From an uncultured Acidiphilium sp. (GTDB lineage: Bacteria; Bacillota; Clostridia; Christensenellales; Borkfalkiaceae): a stretch of 64,000 nucleotides of DNA. Position 1 is the first letter of the stretch. Each line of letters begins with the position of its first letter. The notes beneath the pieces are model-generated. The model did not search any database and was not told the DNA's origin. It saw only the letters and a program-made list of their open reading frames with translations. The stretch lies in NCBI GenBank assembly GCA_964532155.1, contig CAZHGN010000001.1, forward strand, positions 20,825-84,824. The letters are read 5' to 3'. Of this stretch, positions 45,526 to 54,233 are shown in pieces. A program made the position numbers and the translations under genes.

Positions 45526-46592
45526 TCGAAAATAACAACAACGAAGAACTATTAAAGGTTGAAAATCTCGAACGGAACGAATATCTCGTTTCTTCGTCGA
45601 TTATCGACGTACCGAAAGAAAAGGTAGAGAAAAGGGAAGAAAAGGTCAGCGCTCTTCGGCTTATTATTATGGCGCTAACGCCGAATAAAAGCAACGTCGA
45701 ACACCCCGCATATTATTCTTTGCGACCTGTAAAAACTGTCAAATATGCAGTATTTATCTTCTTTTTTGCGCTTTTTATGTACCTCTGCGGAAAGCTTGTA
45801 GACGATAAGATTTACGTGCCGCTATTGCTATTTTTCATTGCGCTGGCGCTGCCGCTTTTGTTTATAACTTTTCACTACGAATTGAATTTCAGGCGGAATA
45901 TAACAATTTTCCAAATGCTTTTCGCGTTCGTTTTCGGTATAGTGCTGTATATCGTTATCGAAGGTATATCGGACACCTTGCTGCTTGAATCCATTTATAA
46001 AGATACGATAGACATATTCATCGTGCCTATTCTTTGGGGCTTGGGAGAAACTATCTTTTTAGCATTCTTGTCAAGGCTTTATAATTTGACGGATATTGCG
46101 ACTAATATTCTTTTAGCCGTTTGCGTCGGCATGGGCTACGCCTTTATGAGCGCTTTGTTTGCGACCTATTCGGGGCTTTTCCATTCGGTAGAGATTATTA
46201 TTCCCGGACAGGAAAACTATATCGGACAAGCGATAATCGACTATTCGCCGTATATGGAAGAAAGTTTTGTCGCAATTTTGGATTTACTCTTTTGGGATGC
46301 GGCTTGTTTTCCGTTTTTGCTTTGCTGTTGGTCTATAGTTATGGGCACCGTCGTATCGATGACAAGAGTTTTGGGTAAGCGCAAGAACGAATCGTCGTTT
46401 TCCGTCTATCTTTTGCTCGTTCTTGTAATTATTTTGCATATTTTGACGGTATTCCCGACGACAATCGGATATTTTGAGTTGTTTTTAAAGATATTGTGCT
46501 CGGTAATTTCTTTGTTCGTTGCCATACGTCTTGAAAACAATGCGATATACGATACGCTAAACGATATCACCGGTTTGCCTAAAAACGAATAA
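45522..46592 (+). CDS. Polytopic membrane protein translationally coupled to the histidine kinase (weak PrsW-like topology, catalytic residues not evident)
   Basis: Its ATG overlaps the kinase TGA (ATGA at 45522-45525). It has a ~70-aa cytoplasmic N-terminus and then ~8 TM helices. GMGYAFMSALF is reminiscent of the PrsW GLGFAxxEN segment but lacks the Glu. Confidence 0.5.
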   Translation: MIENNNNEELLKVENLERNEYLVSSSIIDVPKEKVEKREEKVSALRLIIMALTPNKSNVEHPAYYSLRPVKTVKYAVFIFFFALFMYLCGKLVDDKIYVPLLLFFIALALPLLFITFHYELNFRRNITIFQMLFAFVFGIVLYIVIEGISDTLLLESIYKDTIDIFIVPILWGLGETIFLAFLSRLYNLTDIATNILLAVCVGMGYAFMSALFATYSGLFHSVEIIIPGQENYIGQAIIDYSPYMEESFVAILDLLFWDAACFPFLLCCWSIVMGTVVSMTRVLGKRKNESSFSVYLLLVLVIILHILTVFPTTIGYFELFLKILCSVISLFVAIRLENNAIYDTLNDITGLPKNE

Positions 46593-46609
46593 TAACCGAA
46601 TAATGCTTT

Positions 46610-46640
46610 AAAGTCTGCGAATTTTGCAGGCTTTTATTTT
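46610..46640 (+). terminator. Rho-independent terminator after the two-component operon
   Basis: AAGTCTGC-GAATTTT-GCAGGCTT (one G-U pair) followed by TTATTTTT. Confidence 0.55.
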
Positions 46641-46649
46641 TGCTTCGTT

Positions 46650-46678
46650 AGTATTATACGCCCGTTTTTGCTCATAAT
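46650..46678 (+). promoter_or_regulatory. Forespore (sigma-F/G type) promoter candidate for spoIVB
   Basis: GTATT (46650-46654), a 17-nt spacer, then CATAATA (46672-46678). The -10 and its flank CATAATACG are identical to the spoVA candidate. Confidence 0.4.
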
Positions 46679-46712
46679 ACGAAAGGCATTGCAGAGCAAC
46701 GCGGAGGAATTA

Positions 46713-47714
46713 ATGAAGATAAAGCACGTCGCGCGGTCGATTTTACTTATAGTTTTAGTCGGGTTGTTTTTCTTTTCGTCGTCTGTGCGCGTTTATGCTT
46801 CGGAAGGAGAACTGTTCATCGGAGGATTTCCGCTCGGCTTCGATTTATCGGGAGAAGGGGTGCTTGTCGTGGGTTTTTCCGAAGTAGTTTGCGAGGATGG
46901 CGTTTTCGTGCCTGTAAAGGATTCGGGTATAACCGTCGGCGATTATATACTGTCGCTTAACGGAAAAGCGGTAAATAAAGCCGACGACGTGGACGAACTG
47001 CTTAAGGATTACGACGGACACGGAATTATTGCCGAAATTCTGTCGGAAGGGAAGAAGCAGATTAAAAATCTTTATCCCAAAAAGGACTTAAGCGGAAAAT
47101 ATAAGCTTGGCGTAATGATTAGAGATTATCTTTCCGGGCTTGGCACCGTTACTTTTGTAAAAGAAAACGGCGAATTTTGTTCGCTCGGACATCCTATAAC
47201 CGATGAGGAGGGAACTTTACTTAATATATCGGGCGGATTGATATACGGCTGTAAAATAACCTCGGTTGAAAAAGGTGTTCGCGGACAGGCAGGCGAACTT
47301 CAAGGGCTGATACTGAGAAATAAAGTATTGGGTAAAGCGTCGGCAAATACCGCCGTAGGGCTTATAGGCAAGTTGTCGGACAAAAGTGCATATTTGGGCT
47401 TGAAGCGAATTGCATCGGGTACGGCAAAGCCGGGCAGTGCCGAAATTTACGCCACTATCGAGGGCGAAACGCCGCAAAAATACACTATTTCAATCGTTAA
47501 AACCGACGAAAACGATAAAAAGAATAAAAATCTCGTCATAAAAATTACCGACGAGAAATTAATCGAGCAAGCAGGTGGGATCGTGCGAGGCATGAGCGGA
47601 AGTCCTATTATACAAGACGGTCGGCTTGTCGGCGCGGTGACGCATGTATTCTTAAACGATTCAACGCGCGGTTACGGTATTTCGGTTGCAAAAATGCTTC
47701 AAGCGCTTGCTTAA
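46713..47714 (+). CDS. spoIVB: SpoIVB peptidase (S55) signalling protease
   Basis: ATG at 46713 follows GGAGG. It has a signal anchor and a PDZ domain (GITVGDYILSLNG). The catalytic segment is GMSGSPIIQDGRLVGAVTH. Confidence 0.87.
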   Translation: MKIKHVARSILLIVLVGLFFFSSSVRVYASEGELFIGGFPLGFDLSGEGVLVVGFSEVVCEDGVFVPVKDSGITVGDYILSLNGKAVNKADDVDELLKDYDGHGIIAEILSEGKKQIKNLYPKKDLSGKYKLGVMIRDYLSGLGTVTFVKENGEFCSLGHPITDEEGTLLNISGGLIYGCKITSVEKGVRGQAGELQGLILRNKVLGKASANTAVGLIGKLSDKSAYLGLKRIASGTAKPGSAEIYATIEGETPQKYTISIVKTDENDKKNKNLVIKITDEKLIEQAGGIVRGMSGSPIIQDGRLVGAVTHVFLNDSTRGYGISVAKMLQALA

Positions 47715-47729
47715 ACTATTATTATAAAA

Positions 47730-47758
47730 TCATATAAAGGACAAAGCTCTCATAAAAT
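47730..47758 (+). promoter_or_regulatory. Mother-cell (sigma-E type) promoter candidate
   Basis: TCATATA, a 14-nt spacer, then CATAAAAT, compared with the recalled consensus kmATATT-N14-CATACAnT. Confidence 0.3.
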
Positions 47759-47777
47759 TGTTTGTGAGAGTTTTTTT

Positions 47778-48356
47778 ATGCCGACGACCACTATAAACAG
47801 AATAATAAATTCGGTTAAAGATTGTAAAATCGTCATTGTAATATGCGCCTTCGCTTTTGTTTTAGGGGGCGTGTTAGCTTTGTTTTACGAGTTACCCGAC
47901 GGTTTAATTGAAAATATTGGTGAGTCGTACGCCGCTTTTAACGACTTTTCGACCTCATCTTTAATCGTGCGGTTTATTTGCGACGCAATTATATTGTTTA
48001 TTGCTTTTTTATGCGGTTTAACAGTTTTTACACTTCCGATAAATTTGCTGTTTCTTTGTTATAGAGGGTTTATTGCCGTCTTATGCATTAAGTATTTAAT
48101 TGCCGATTATTCGGCGGCAGGCGTTGTAATATCGGTTATTCTTACGTTACCGTCGGCGGTTTTATCGGCGGCAAGTTTAACGCTTGCTTGCGTGCTTTCC
48201 GTAAAGAGGTTGAACGGCGAGAGAGTCGTACAAATGAAATGCGTCGAGGAAATAATAATAGATTATCTAATTTGTCTTGCAATTTGCTTGATTGCCGCAC
48301 TTTATTGCGTTTTGATTGAACTTTTGATTTTGCGCCCTTTAAATTATTCCTTTTAA
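47778..48356 (+). CDS. SpoIIM-like integral membrane protein
   Basis: 192 aa with ~5 TM helices. The layout (N-terminal TM, loop, then GLTVFTLPINLLFLCYRGFIAV...) resembles stage II sporulation protein M. The SD is weak (GAGAG). Confidence 0.35.
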   Translation: MPTTTINRIINSVKDCKIVIVICAFAFVLGGVLALFYELPDGLIENIGESYAAFNDFSTSSLIVRFICDAIILFIAFLCGLTVFTLPINLLFLCYRGFIAVLCIKYLIADYSAAGVVISVILTLPSAVLSAASLTLACVLSVKRLNGERVVQMKCVEEIIIDYLICLAICLIAALYCVLIELLILRPLNYSF

Positions 48357-48400
48357 ACATATTTTTTTCATCGTTGCTTATACTATGCGCGGAGGCAAAA

Positions 48401-49585
48401 ATGAAAAATAAATTTATTATTGCGTTGCTAACAATAGCCGTATTATTCGGCTCGGGGATAAATAAAACCGCTTTTACGGCTTCTGCAAAAGTCGTAGCCG
48501 CGGACGAAGAGTTCGACTTAGAAAAGCTCGAATGCGACGGCGCCAAAAGTGCTTTTTTGTGCGATTATTCGTCGGGAACTGTGATATATGCAAAAAACGA
48601 AAACGACCGACTGCCGATAGCAAGCATGACGAAGATAATGCTTTTGGTGCTTGCATTTGAAAAAGAAGAAGCAGGCGAGTTATCTTTCGATGAAGTAATA
48701 AGAGTAAGCGCAAATGCAAGCGGAATGGGCGGTTCGCAAGTTTTTCTTGAGACGAACGGCGAATATTCCGTGGGTGATTTGATTAAAAGTATAATCGTCT
48801 CGTCGGCAAACGATTCGAGCGTTGCTATAGCCGAAAGATTATACGGAAGCGAAACTTCTGCCGTTGCGGCAATGAACGAACGTGCGAAAACGATGGGGCT
48901 TAAGAATACGCTGTTTTCCAATTGCACAGGACTTATGAAGCCTACGCAATATTCGACCGCGAGCGACGTTGCAAAAATGCTTTCCGCACTTGTCGGGCAC
49001 GAAAAATACTTTGATTACAGCAAAATTTATTTGGATGAAATAGAGCATTCGGGCGAGCGAAAAACTCAGCTTACGAATACCAATAAACTCGTTCGTTATT
49101 ATAACGGTTGCGACGGCGGTAAAACCGGATATACCGGTGAGGCCGGGTTTTGCCTTGCGGCAACCGCAAAACGCGGCGCAATGCGTTTGATATCGGTGGT
49201 AATGGGCGAAGAGAACGGAAAACAGCGTTTTAAAGATTCGTCAACGCTACTCGACTACGGCTTCGATAATTTTTCTTCTAAGTGCGTTTTATCGACTGCA
49301 ACAGTAGATTATCAAACGAAAATTGCATGCGGAAAAGCAGACTATGTGAACGCGGTGCCAAGCTCGGACGTATATGTTTTTTGTGCAAACTCGGCAAAGG
49401 ACGATATAAAAATCATATTCGAGCCTGATGAATACATCAAAGCGCCCGTTGAAAAAGGGGCTTTGGTCGGCAGATTTACGGTATATAAAAACGGAATAGA
49501 GGACGGCGAATACTCGGCAGTCGCCAAAGAAGACGTCGACGAGCTCGGTTATTTGGACTATATTAAAAGAATTGCAGAAGCATAA
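48401..49585 (+). CDS. D-alanyl-D-alanine carboxypeptidase (S11; DacF/DacA-like)
   Basis: ATG at 48401 follows GGAGG. It has a signal peptide, SxxK (ASMTKIM), SxN (SSANDS), KTG (GKTGYT) and a C-terminal beta-sandwich domain. Confidence 0.87.
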   Translation: MKNKFIIALLTIAVLFGSGINKTAFTASAKVVAADEEFDLEKLECDGAKSAFLCDYSSGTVIYAKNENDRLPIASMTKIMLLVLAFEKEEAGELSFDEVIRVSANASGMGGSQVFLETNGEYSVGDLIKSIIVSSANDSSVAIAERLYGSETSAVAAMNERAKTMGLKNTLFSNCTGLMKPTQYSTASDVAKMLSALVGHEKYFDYSKIYLDEIEHSGERKTQLTNTNKLVRYYNGCDGGKTGYTGEAGFCLAATAKRGAMRLISVVMGEENGKQRFKDSSTLLDYGFDNFSSKCVLSTATVDYQTKIACGKADYVNAVPSSDVYVFCANSAKDDIKIIFEPDEYIKAPVEKGALVGRFTVYKNGIEDGEYSAVAKEDVDELGYLDYIKRIAEA

Positions 49586-49592
49586 TAAGTAT

Positions 49593-49621
49593 AAAAAAAG
49601 CCGATTCTATCGGCTTTTTTT
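49593..49621. terminator. Bidirectional terminator between the dacF-like gene (+) and the transporter gene (-)
   Basis: AAAAAAAGCCGAT-TCT-ATCGGCTTTTTTT. Confidence 0.75.
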
Positions 49622-49630
49622 ATGTGTTTT

Positions 49631-50524
49631 TTAAAACCCTGTTATTAAGCAGCAAACGTAACCGCAAAGTAACGCCGTTCCGATTAAAACGGTAATTACT
49701 TTGATTGCGTTTTTTACGTTGTTTTTTCTTCCGAAGAGGACGGTTAAACCGACGCCGGCGTTTGCTATAAGTCCTGCAAGGCAGGCACCGAATGCAATTT
49801 TATCGGTAACGAACATTTCTGCAATTATTACTGAAGAAGCGCAGTTGGGGATAAGCCCGATTATTACCGAAAAAAGAGGCGAAAGGTATGCGTTTGATTT
49901 TATAAATTCGGTCAAGACCGTTTCGCCGATCAACGCAATTATTATTGAAAATACGAGATTAAATATTAAAACGACTATAAGCGTTTGCAAAGAGTGCACG
50001 AGGGGATGAAGAACGTGCTCGTGAACGAAGCCTTCTTCGTGGTCGTGACCGTTGCAACAGCAAGTTTTGCCGTGTTCGTGCTCTTTGTGCTCAAGTGAAT
50101 ACTCGTCTTTGTGCTCGGCTTCATTCTCGGCTGCTGCCACTTGCGGTTCTTCTGCCAAGCGAGGTTTAAATATCAAGTCGCACAAATAGCCGATTGCAAT
50201 TGCAATTGCGAATTTTAAGGCAAGCAATGGGAGTATTGCGGGGATTTTTTCGAGATTAGAAAAAAGAACGGGGAGTGCTTCGTCGCTCGTTGCGATAAAC
50301 ACGGCAAGAAGAGTACCCATGCTAATTTGCTTTTTATTAAATTTTTCGGCGGCAACGACGGAAAATCCGCATTGCGGAATAAGACCGAACGCGGCGCCGA
50401 GCGGTACGGTTATTTTGTTTTTCGACAGTTTTTTTTCGATAAACGAAAATAGGAAATTAAACGCAAAAACGAATATAAATATTTTAAGGCTGTCTAACAG
50501 CACATCAAGTAATATTTCAACCAA
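49631..50524 (-). CDS. Putative heavy-metal/manganese transporter (ArsP_2-like 10-TM family) with a His/Cys-rich cytoplasmic loop
   Basis: GLIPQCGFSVVAAE and ATSDEALPVL are repeated in the second half as GLIPNCASSVIIAE. The TTG start sits 7 nt after AAGGAG. Confidence 0.5.
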   Translation of the reverse strand: MVEILLDVLLDSLKIFIFVFAFNFLFSFIEKKLSKNKITVPLGAAFGLIPQCGFSVVAAEKFNKKQISMGTLLAVFIATSDEALPVLFSNLEKIPAILPLLALKFAIAIAIGYLCDLIFKPRLAEEPQVAAAENEAEHKDEYSLEHKEHEHGKTCCCNGHDHEEGFVHEHVLHPLVHSLQTLIVVLIFNLVFSIIIALIGETVLTEFIKSNAYLSPLFSVIIGLIPNCASSVIIAEMFVTDKIAFGACLAGLIANAGVGLTVLFGRKNNVKNAIKVITVLIGTALLCGYVCCLITGF

Positions 50525-50655
50525 AATTTAGCTCCTTAAGGTTGAGGGTAACCTAACGACATAGATTATATATCTTTTTATCGTCTATCGCAAGCAAATT
50601 AAGTTAAATAGAATAAAAAAAGTTTACGCCTCTTTGTTTTTATGCGCGTAAATCC

Positions 50656-50684
50656 TTTTATTTTTTTCGACTCCGTGTTATAAT
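50656..50684 (+). promoter_or_regulatory. Candidate extended -10 promoter for nagA
   Basis: TGTTATAAT (50676-50684) with a poor -35 (TTTTAT). Confidence 0.35.
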
Positions 50685-50748
50685 TAAAGAAAACTGCGAT
50701 TGCGATTAATAGGCTTTACGCAGAATTATTAACAGTTGCGAGGCATTT

Positions 50749-51894
50749 ATGAAAGGATTTAAAAACGCTTCAATTTACGTAGAAGGTCAAGGTATTGTAA
50801 AAACCTCTCTCGCGATCGGCACGGACGGTCGTATTGCGGCTATCGGAACGGACGTTCCAAACGATTTTTTCGATATACCCGAAGACGCAGTCGTCGTTCC
50901 CGGCTTTATTGACGAGCATATCCACGGCTCGGCAACCGCAGATGCAATGGATGGTACCGTTGATGCATTAAAAACCATTTCTCAGTCTATTGCTTGCGAG
51001 GGTACGATTGGTTTTCTCGCTACGACGATGACTCAAAGCCCCGAAAATATTGAAAAGGCAATGCGCGCCGTAAAGACTTTCAAAGAAGAGAAAACTTGCG
51101 GAGCAAAAGTTTTCGGTATTCATCTCGAGGGACCGTATATCAATAAATCAAAGGCAGGCGCTCAACCCGAAAAGTATATTTGCGCACCGTCTATAGAGCA
51201 ATTTAAGCATTATAACGAACTTTCCGGCAACAGCATAAAGATAGTTACGTTTGCCCCCGAAATGGACGGCAGCAAAGAATTTGCCGGCTATTTAAAACAA
51301 AACGGTATTTGCGGCAACGTGGGGCACACCTCGGCTAATTTTGCAACTGCCGAGCAAGCCTTAGAATGGGGTGCAACGGGCATTACTCACACATACAATG
51401 CCCAAAGCGCGTATACGCACCGTGAAGTCGGCGTTGTCGGCGCCGCGCTTTTACTCGACGGTTACGCTTGCGAAATTATATGCGATACTATTCACGTCAG
51501 CGTCCCCGCTATTAAGATGCTTATTAAAAATAAGCCGCACGACAAGGTTATTTTAATTACCGACGCTATGAGAGCGAAAAATCTTGGCGATACGGTAAGC
51601 GAACTCGGCGGACAAACGGTATACGTTAAAAGCGGCGAAGCGCGCCTTGCGGACGGAACTTTGGCGGGTAGCGTTTTAAGAATGAACGACGCCGTTAAAA
51701 ATCTCGTTAATAAATGCGGCGTAGATCTTTGCGATGCGGTAGATTTTGCATCGGCAAACCCCGCTAAAAATCTTGGATTATTTAACGATTACGGCAGTAT
51801 CGCCGTAGGAAAATCCGCATCGTTTGCCGTGCTTTCTAAGGATTGCGAAGTTATAATGACCGTAAGAGACGGCGAAGTGATTTATAAAGCTTAA
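50749..51894 (+). CDS. nagA: N-acetylglucosamine-6-phosphate deacetylase
   Basis: Amidohydrolase motifs are GFIDEHIHG, HLEGPYI, GHT and ITDAM. Confidence 0.9.
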   Translation: MKGFKNASIYVEGQGIVKTSLAIGTDGRIAAIGTDVPNDFFDIPEDAVVVPGFIDEHIHGSATADAMDGTVDALKTISQSIACEGTIGFLATTMTQSPENIEKAMRAVKTFKEEKTCGAKVFGIHLEGPYINKSKAGAQPEKYICAPSIEQFKHYNELSGNSIKIVTFAPEMDGSKEFAGYLKQNGICGNVGHTSANFATAEQALEWGATGITHTYNAQSAYTHREVGVVGAALLLDGYACEIICDTIHVSVPAIKMLIKNKPHDKVILITDAMRAKNLGDTVSELGGQTVYVKSGEARLADGTLAGSVLRMNDAVKNLVNKCGVDLCDAVDFASANPAKNLGLFNDYGSIAVGKSASFAVLSKDCEVIMTVRDGEVIYKA

Positions 51895-52003
51895 TTTATA
51901 AAGGAATCGTTTGGTTTTAAGATTATCGATTTTTTAGCCTGCCGAATGTTTGTTTGGCGGGCTAAATTATTGATTTAAGTAGTTGAAAGATAAACAGACA
52001 GTA

Positions 52004-52028
52004 AAAGCCACGCGGATTGCGTGGCTTT
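52004..52028. terminator. Hairpin terminator between convergent nagA and the PadR-membrane gene
   Basis: Perfect 10-bp stem AAAGCCACGC-GGATT-GCGTGGCTTT. Confidence 0.6.
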
Positions 52029-52036
52029 AATGCGTT

Positions 52037-53926
52037 TTAGGAATAATACGTTTGCTTGTCTAACAGTGAGTATCTTATAATAACGTAAATGGGAACGTTT
52101 ACCGCAATGATTATGGGAACCAACACAATGCGAGCTAAATCGGGATAAGAAGTGAAATCGAGGTTGAAAGCGACTGCAAGCACTATAATACCGATCATTG
52201 CGTCCAACGTTATAATAAGAGCCGTTTCAAATGCGCTTTTAAACGTTCTGATTTCAGCTATCGCGCGTTTAGGCGAAATGAAGAAAATTATTCCGCTTAT
52301 AAGTGGCAGAATGAAAACTATCAAGCCGAAAATTACGTAAGGCATCGTGCCGAAATTCAATACGCTTTCCATAGTTAAGCCTACGATAAGTGTTTCTATC
52401 GCGATTAAAATGAAAAACAGCAGTGAAGAATGGAAATTCAGTTTGTTAACGAGTATTCTGCCGAGTTCGCTTTTGTTTGTTCGGTCCGACGTGGAAATTT
52501 TTAAGCCTTCCGCTTCGGATAAAGCTATAATATCCGAATAATCGAAAGTGCCCGTTTTTTTCTCTTTTTTGCGGTCGGGCTCGTTTTTACGCTCTGACTC
52601 ATGCGCGTTTAAATCGAGTTCGTCAACAATAACGCTGTTTTCGGGTTCGTCGCAGGTAAGTTCGGGCTCGGGTATTTCGGTTTCAGTTTTCGGGGGAAAA
52701 TCTATAATACGCGATTCCGTCTCGGATTTAGGTTCTTCGCGACGTTTTTCGTTATTTTCTTTGGTGATTTGGAAAATTTTTGATAAAACGTCTTTATATT
52801 CGCGTTGATCCGGTATATCGTCGGCGAATAGATAATCGTCGACGCCGTCGCTTCCTTCGGCGTCTGACTTGTCCGAGTTGGTAGATTCGGGAATATCATC
52901 GAGGGTAAGTTGCTTAAATATTCCGGTCGATTCGGTAGTTGGTTCGGTCGGTTTGGAAATTGCAGCGCGTTCGCTTACTACTTTTTCTTCGACTTTCGGT
53001 TCTTCACGAACAGAATCGGGCTCGACTTCATCACATTCGGTGGCCGTAATCGTTTCTATAACATCGGAAACGTCGTCGTCGAGTTCATTGTCAAAGGGTG
53101 TTTCTACGTTCTCTTTAGCGTTTGCAAACGAGTCGGTCGAAATATCGCTGTTGTATATCGATTCGTATTCTAAATGGTCATGTAAATCGTGAAAATCATC
53201 GGTTTTATCGGGAATAATCTCGACTTTTTCAGGCTCGATACGCTCAACGATAGCGACTTTTTCTTCTGGTTTAACCTCGGGCGTGGTTTCGAAATAAGTG
53301 TAAGTGGTAACTTCCGGTTCGGGTTCTTCGGTCTTGTTTTCTTCGGCGTTTAAGACGCCCAAAAGTTCCATAACGTCAGAATCTTCGGCGCCGGCGGTTT
53401 CGCTATCCGACGGCTGTTCAATGTCTTCGAGTTCGGAGTAAATAATAGAATCTGCCGCGCTAATTTCGTTATTATCGTCCTTTGAAGATAGAGTGGCGAA
53501 ATCCTCAATCACGTTATCGTCTTCGGTGTCGAACGACGGAATTTTATAATCAATCGAAGTACTCGGGGCGGATTTTTCTCCGGAATCTCCGGTCGTCGTG
53601 TCGAGTAGCTTGTTTATAACGCTTTGCGACTGCGACCAATTGGTTTGTCCTTTTTCGATGTGGGCTTTGCCTTTTTCGGTTAACTGAAAAAATTTGCGCC
53701 TTACGCCGTCGGCTCCGGTTGTACGGTAATCGGTGACTAAGCCTTGCTTGGTTATGCGTTGTAACGCGCTATAAAAAGTGCCTTGCTTAAGCTTAAAATC
53801 ACCGCCGGCTTTATTTTCAATTTCGGTGCGTATTTGATTTGTATCTTTATCGCCATCGAGCAGTGAATACAATATTATCGAGTCGATGTGACCTCTGATC
53901 ATATCGCCGCCAACAGAATCAGCCAT
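52037..53926 (-). CDS. PadR-type winged-helix DNA-binding domain fused to a long acidic spacer and a C-terminal 4-TM membrane domain
   Basis: The N-terminal IRGHIDSIILYSLLDGDKDTNQIRTEIENKAGGDFKLKQGTFYSALQRITKQGLV...FFQLTEKGKAH fits PadR. About 370 D/E/P/S/T-rich residues follow. The last ~140 aa contain four hydrophobic helices. Confidence 0.6.
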   Translation of the reverse strand: MADSVGGDMIRGHIDSIILYSLLDGDKDTNQIRTEIENKAGGDFKLKQGTFYSALQRITKQGLVTDYRTTGADGVRRKFFQLTEKGKAHIEKGQTNWSQSQSVINKLLDTTTGDSGEKSAPSTSIDYKIPSFDTEDDNVIEDFATLSSKDDNNEISAADSIIYSELEDIEQPSDSETAGAEDSDVMELLGVLNAEENKTEEPEPEVTTYTYFETTPEVKPEEKVAIVERIEPEKVEIIPDKTDDFHDLHDHLEYESIYNSDISTDSFANAKENVETPFDNELDDDVSDVIETITATECDEVEPDSVREEPKVEEKVVSERAAISKPTEPTTESTGIFKQLTLDDIPESTNSDKSDAEGSDGVDDYLFADDIPDQREYKDVLSKIFQITKENNEKRREEPKSETESRIIDFPPKTETEIPEPELTCDEPENSVIVDELDLNAHESERKNEPDRKKEKKTGTFDYSDIIALSEAEGLKISTSDRTNKSELGRILVNKLNFHSSLLFFILIAIETLIVGLTMESVLNFGTMPYVIFGLIVFILPLISGIIFFISPKRAIAEIRTFKSAFETALIITLDAMIGIIVLAVAFNLDFTSYPDLARIVLVPIIIAVNVPIYVIIRYSLLDKQTYYS

Positions 53927-53960
53927 AAAAACCCCTCATAAATCATTCTATTATGCGGAA

Positions 53961-53990
53961 ATTATATCATTTTACGAATACGTTTGTCAA
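53961..53990 (-). promoter_or_regulatory. Strong sigma-A type promoter for the PadR-membrane gene
   Basis: On the minus strand: TTGACA (53990-53985), an 18-nt spacer, then TGATATAAT (extended -10, TATAAT at 53966-53961). Confidence 0.5.
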
Positions 53991-54073
53991 TAGAAAAGCA
54001 GTTATTTTTAAACTAAAAATTATGAATATGAGGTAAATTAACTTTACAAACAAAAATAAACGATATATAATTA

Positions 54074-54233
54074 TTGCGAAATATAAAGTTTTTTGCGAAA
54101 TGATATTGATAAACTTATTATTTAGCTTAATTTAAAAATATATAAAATCCCGCATTATTTCTGATTTTTTAGCAGTTTTTTAAAAAATCAAAAAAATGTA
54201 AGCTTTATTTCGCAAAAGTTGTCTTTTACGCAA
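54074..54233. repeat. Four copies of a TTGCGAAAT-like motif arranged as two direct plus two inverted sites
   Basis: TTGCGAAAT lies at 54074-54082 and 54093-54101. The reverse complement ATTTCGCAA lies at 54207-54215, and a degenerate TTTACGCAA at 54225-54233. The inner pair extends to an 11-bp inverted repeat, TTTTGCGAAAT / ATTTCGCAAAA. Confidence 0.7.

Noticed and set aside
52152-53192. Several 60-107-aa plus-strand ORFs inside the acidic region of the PadR-membrane gene
   Set aside because: They are Ser/Phe-rich mirror translations of a GA-rich coding strand. No start signals are present.
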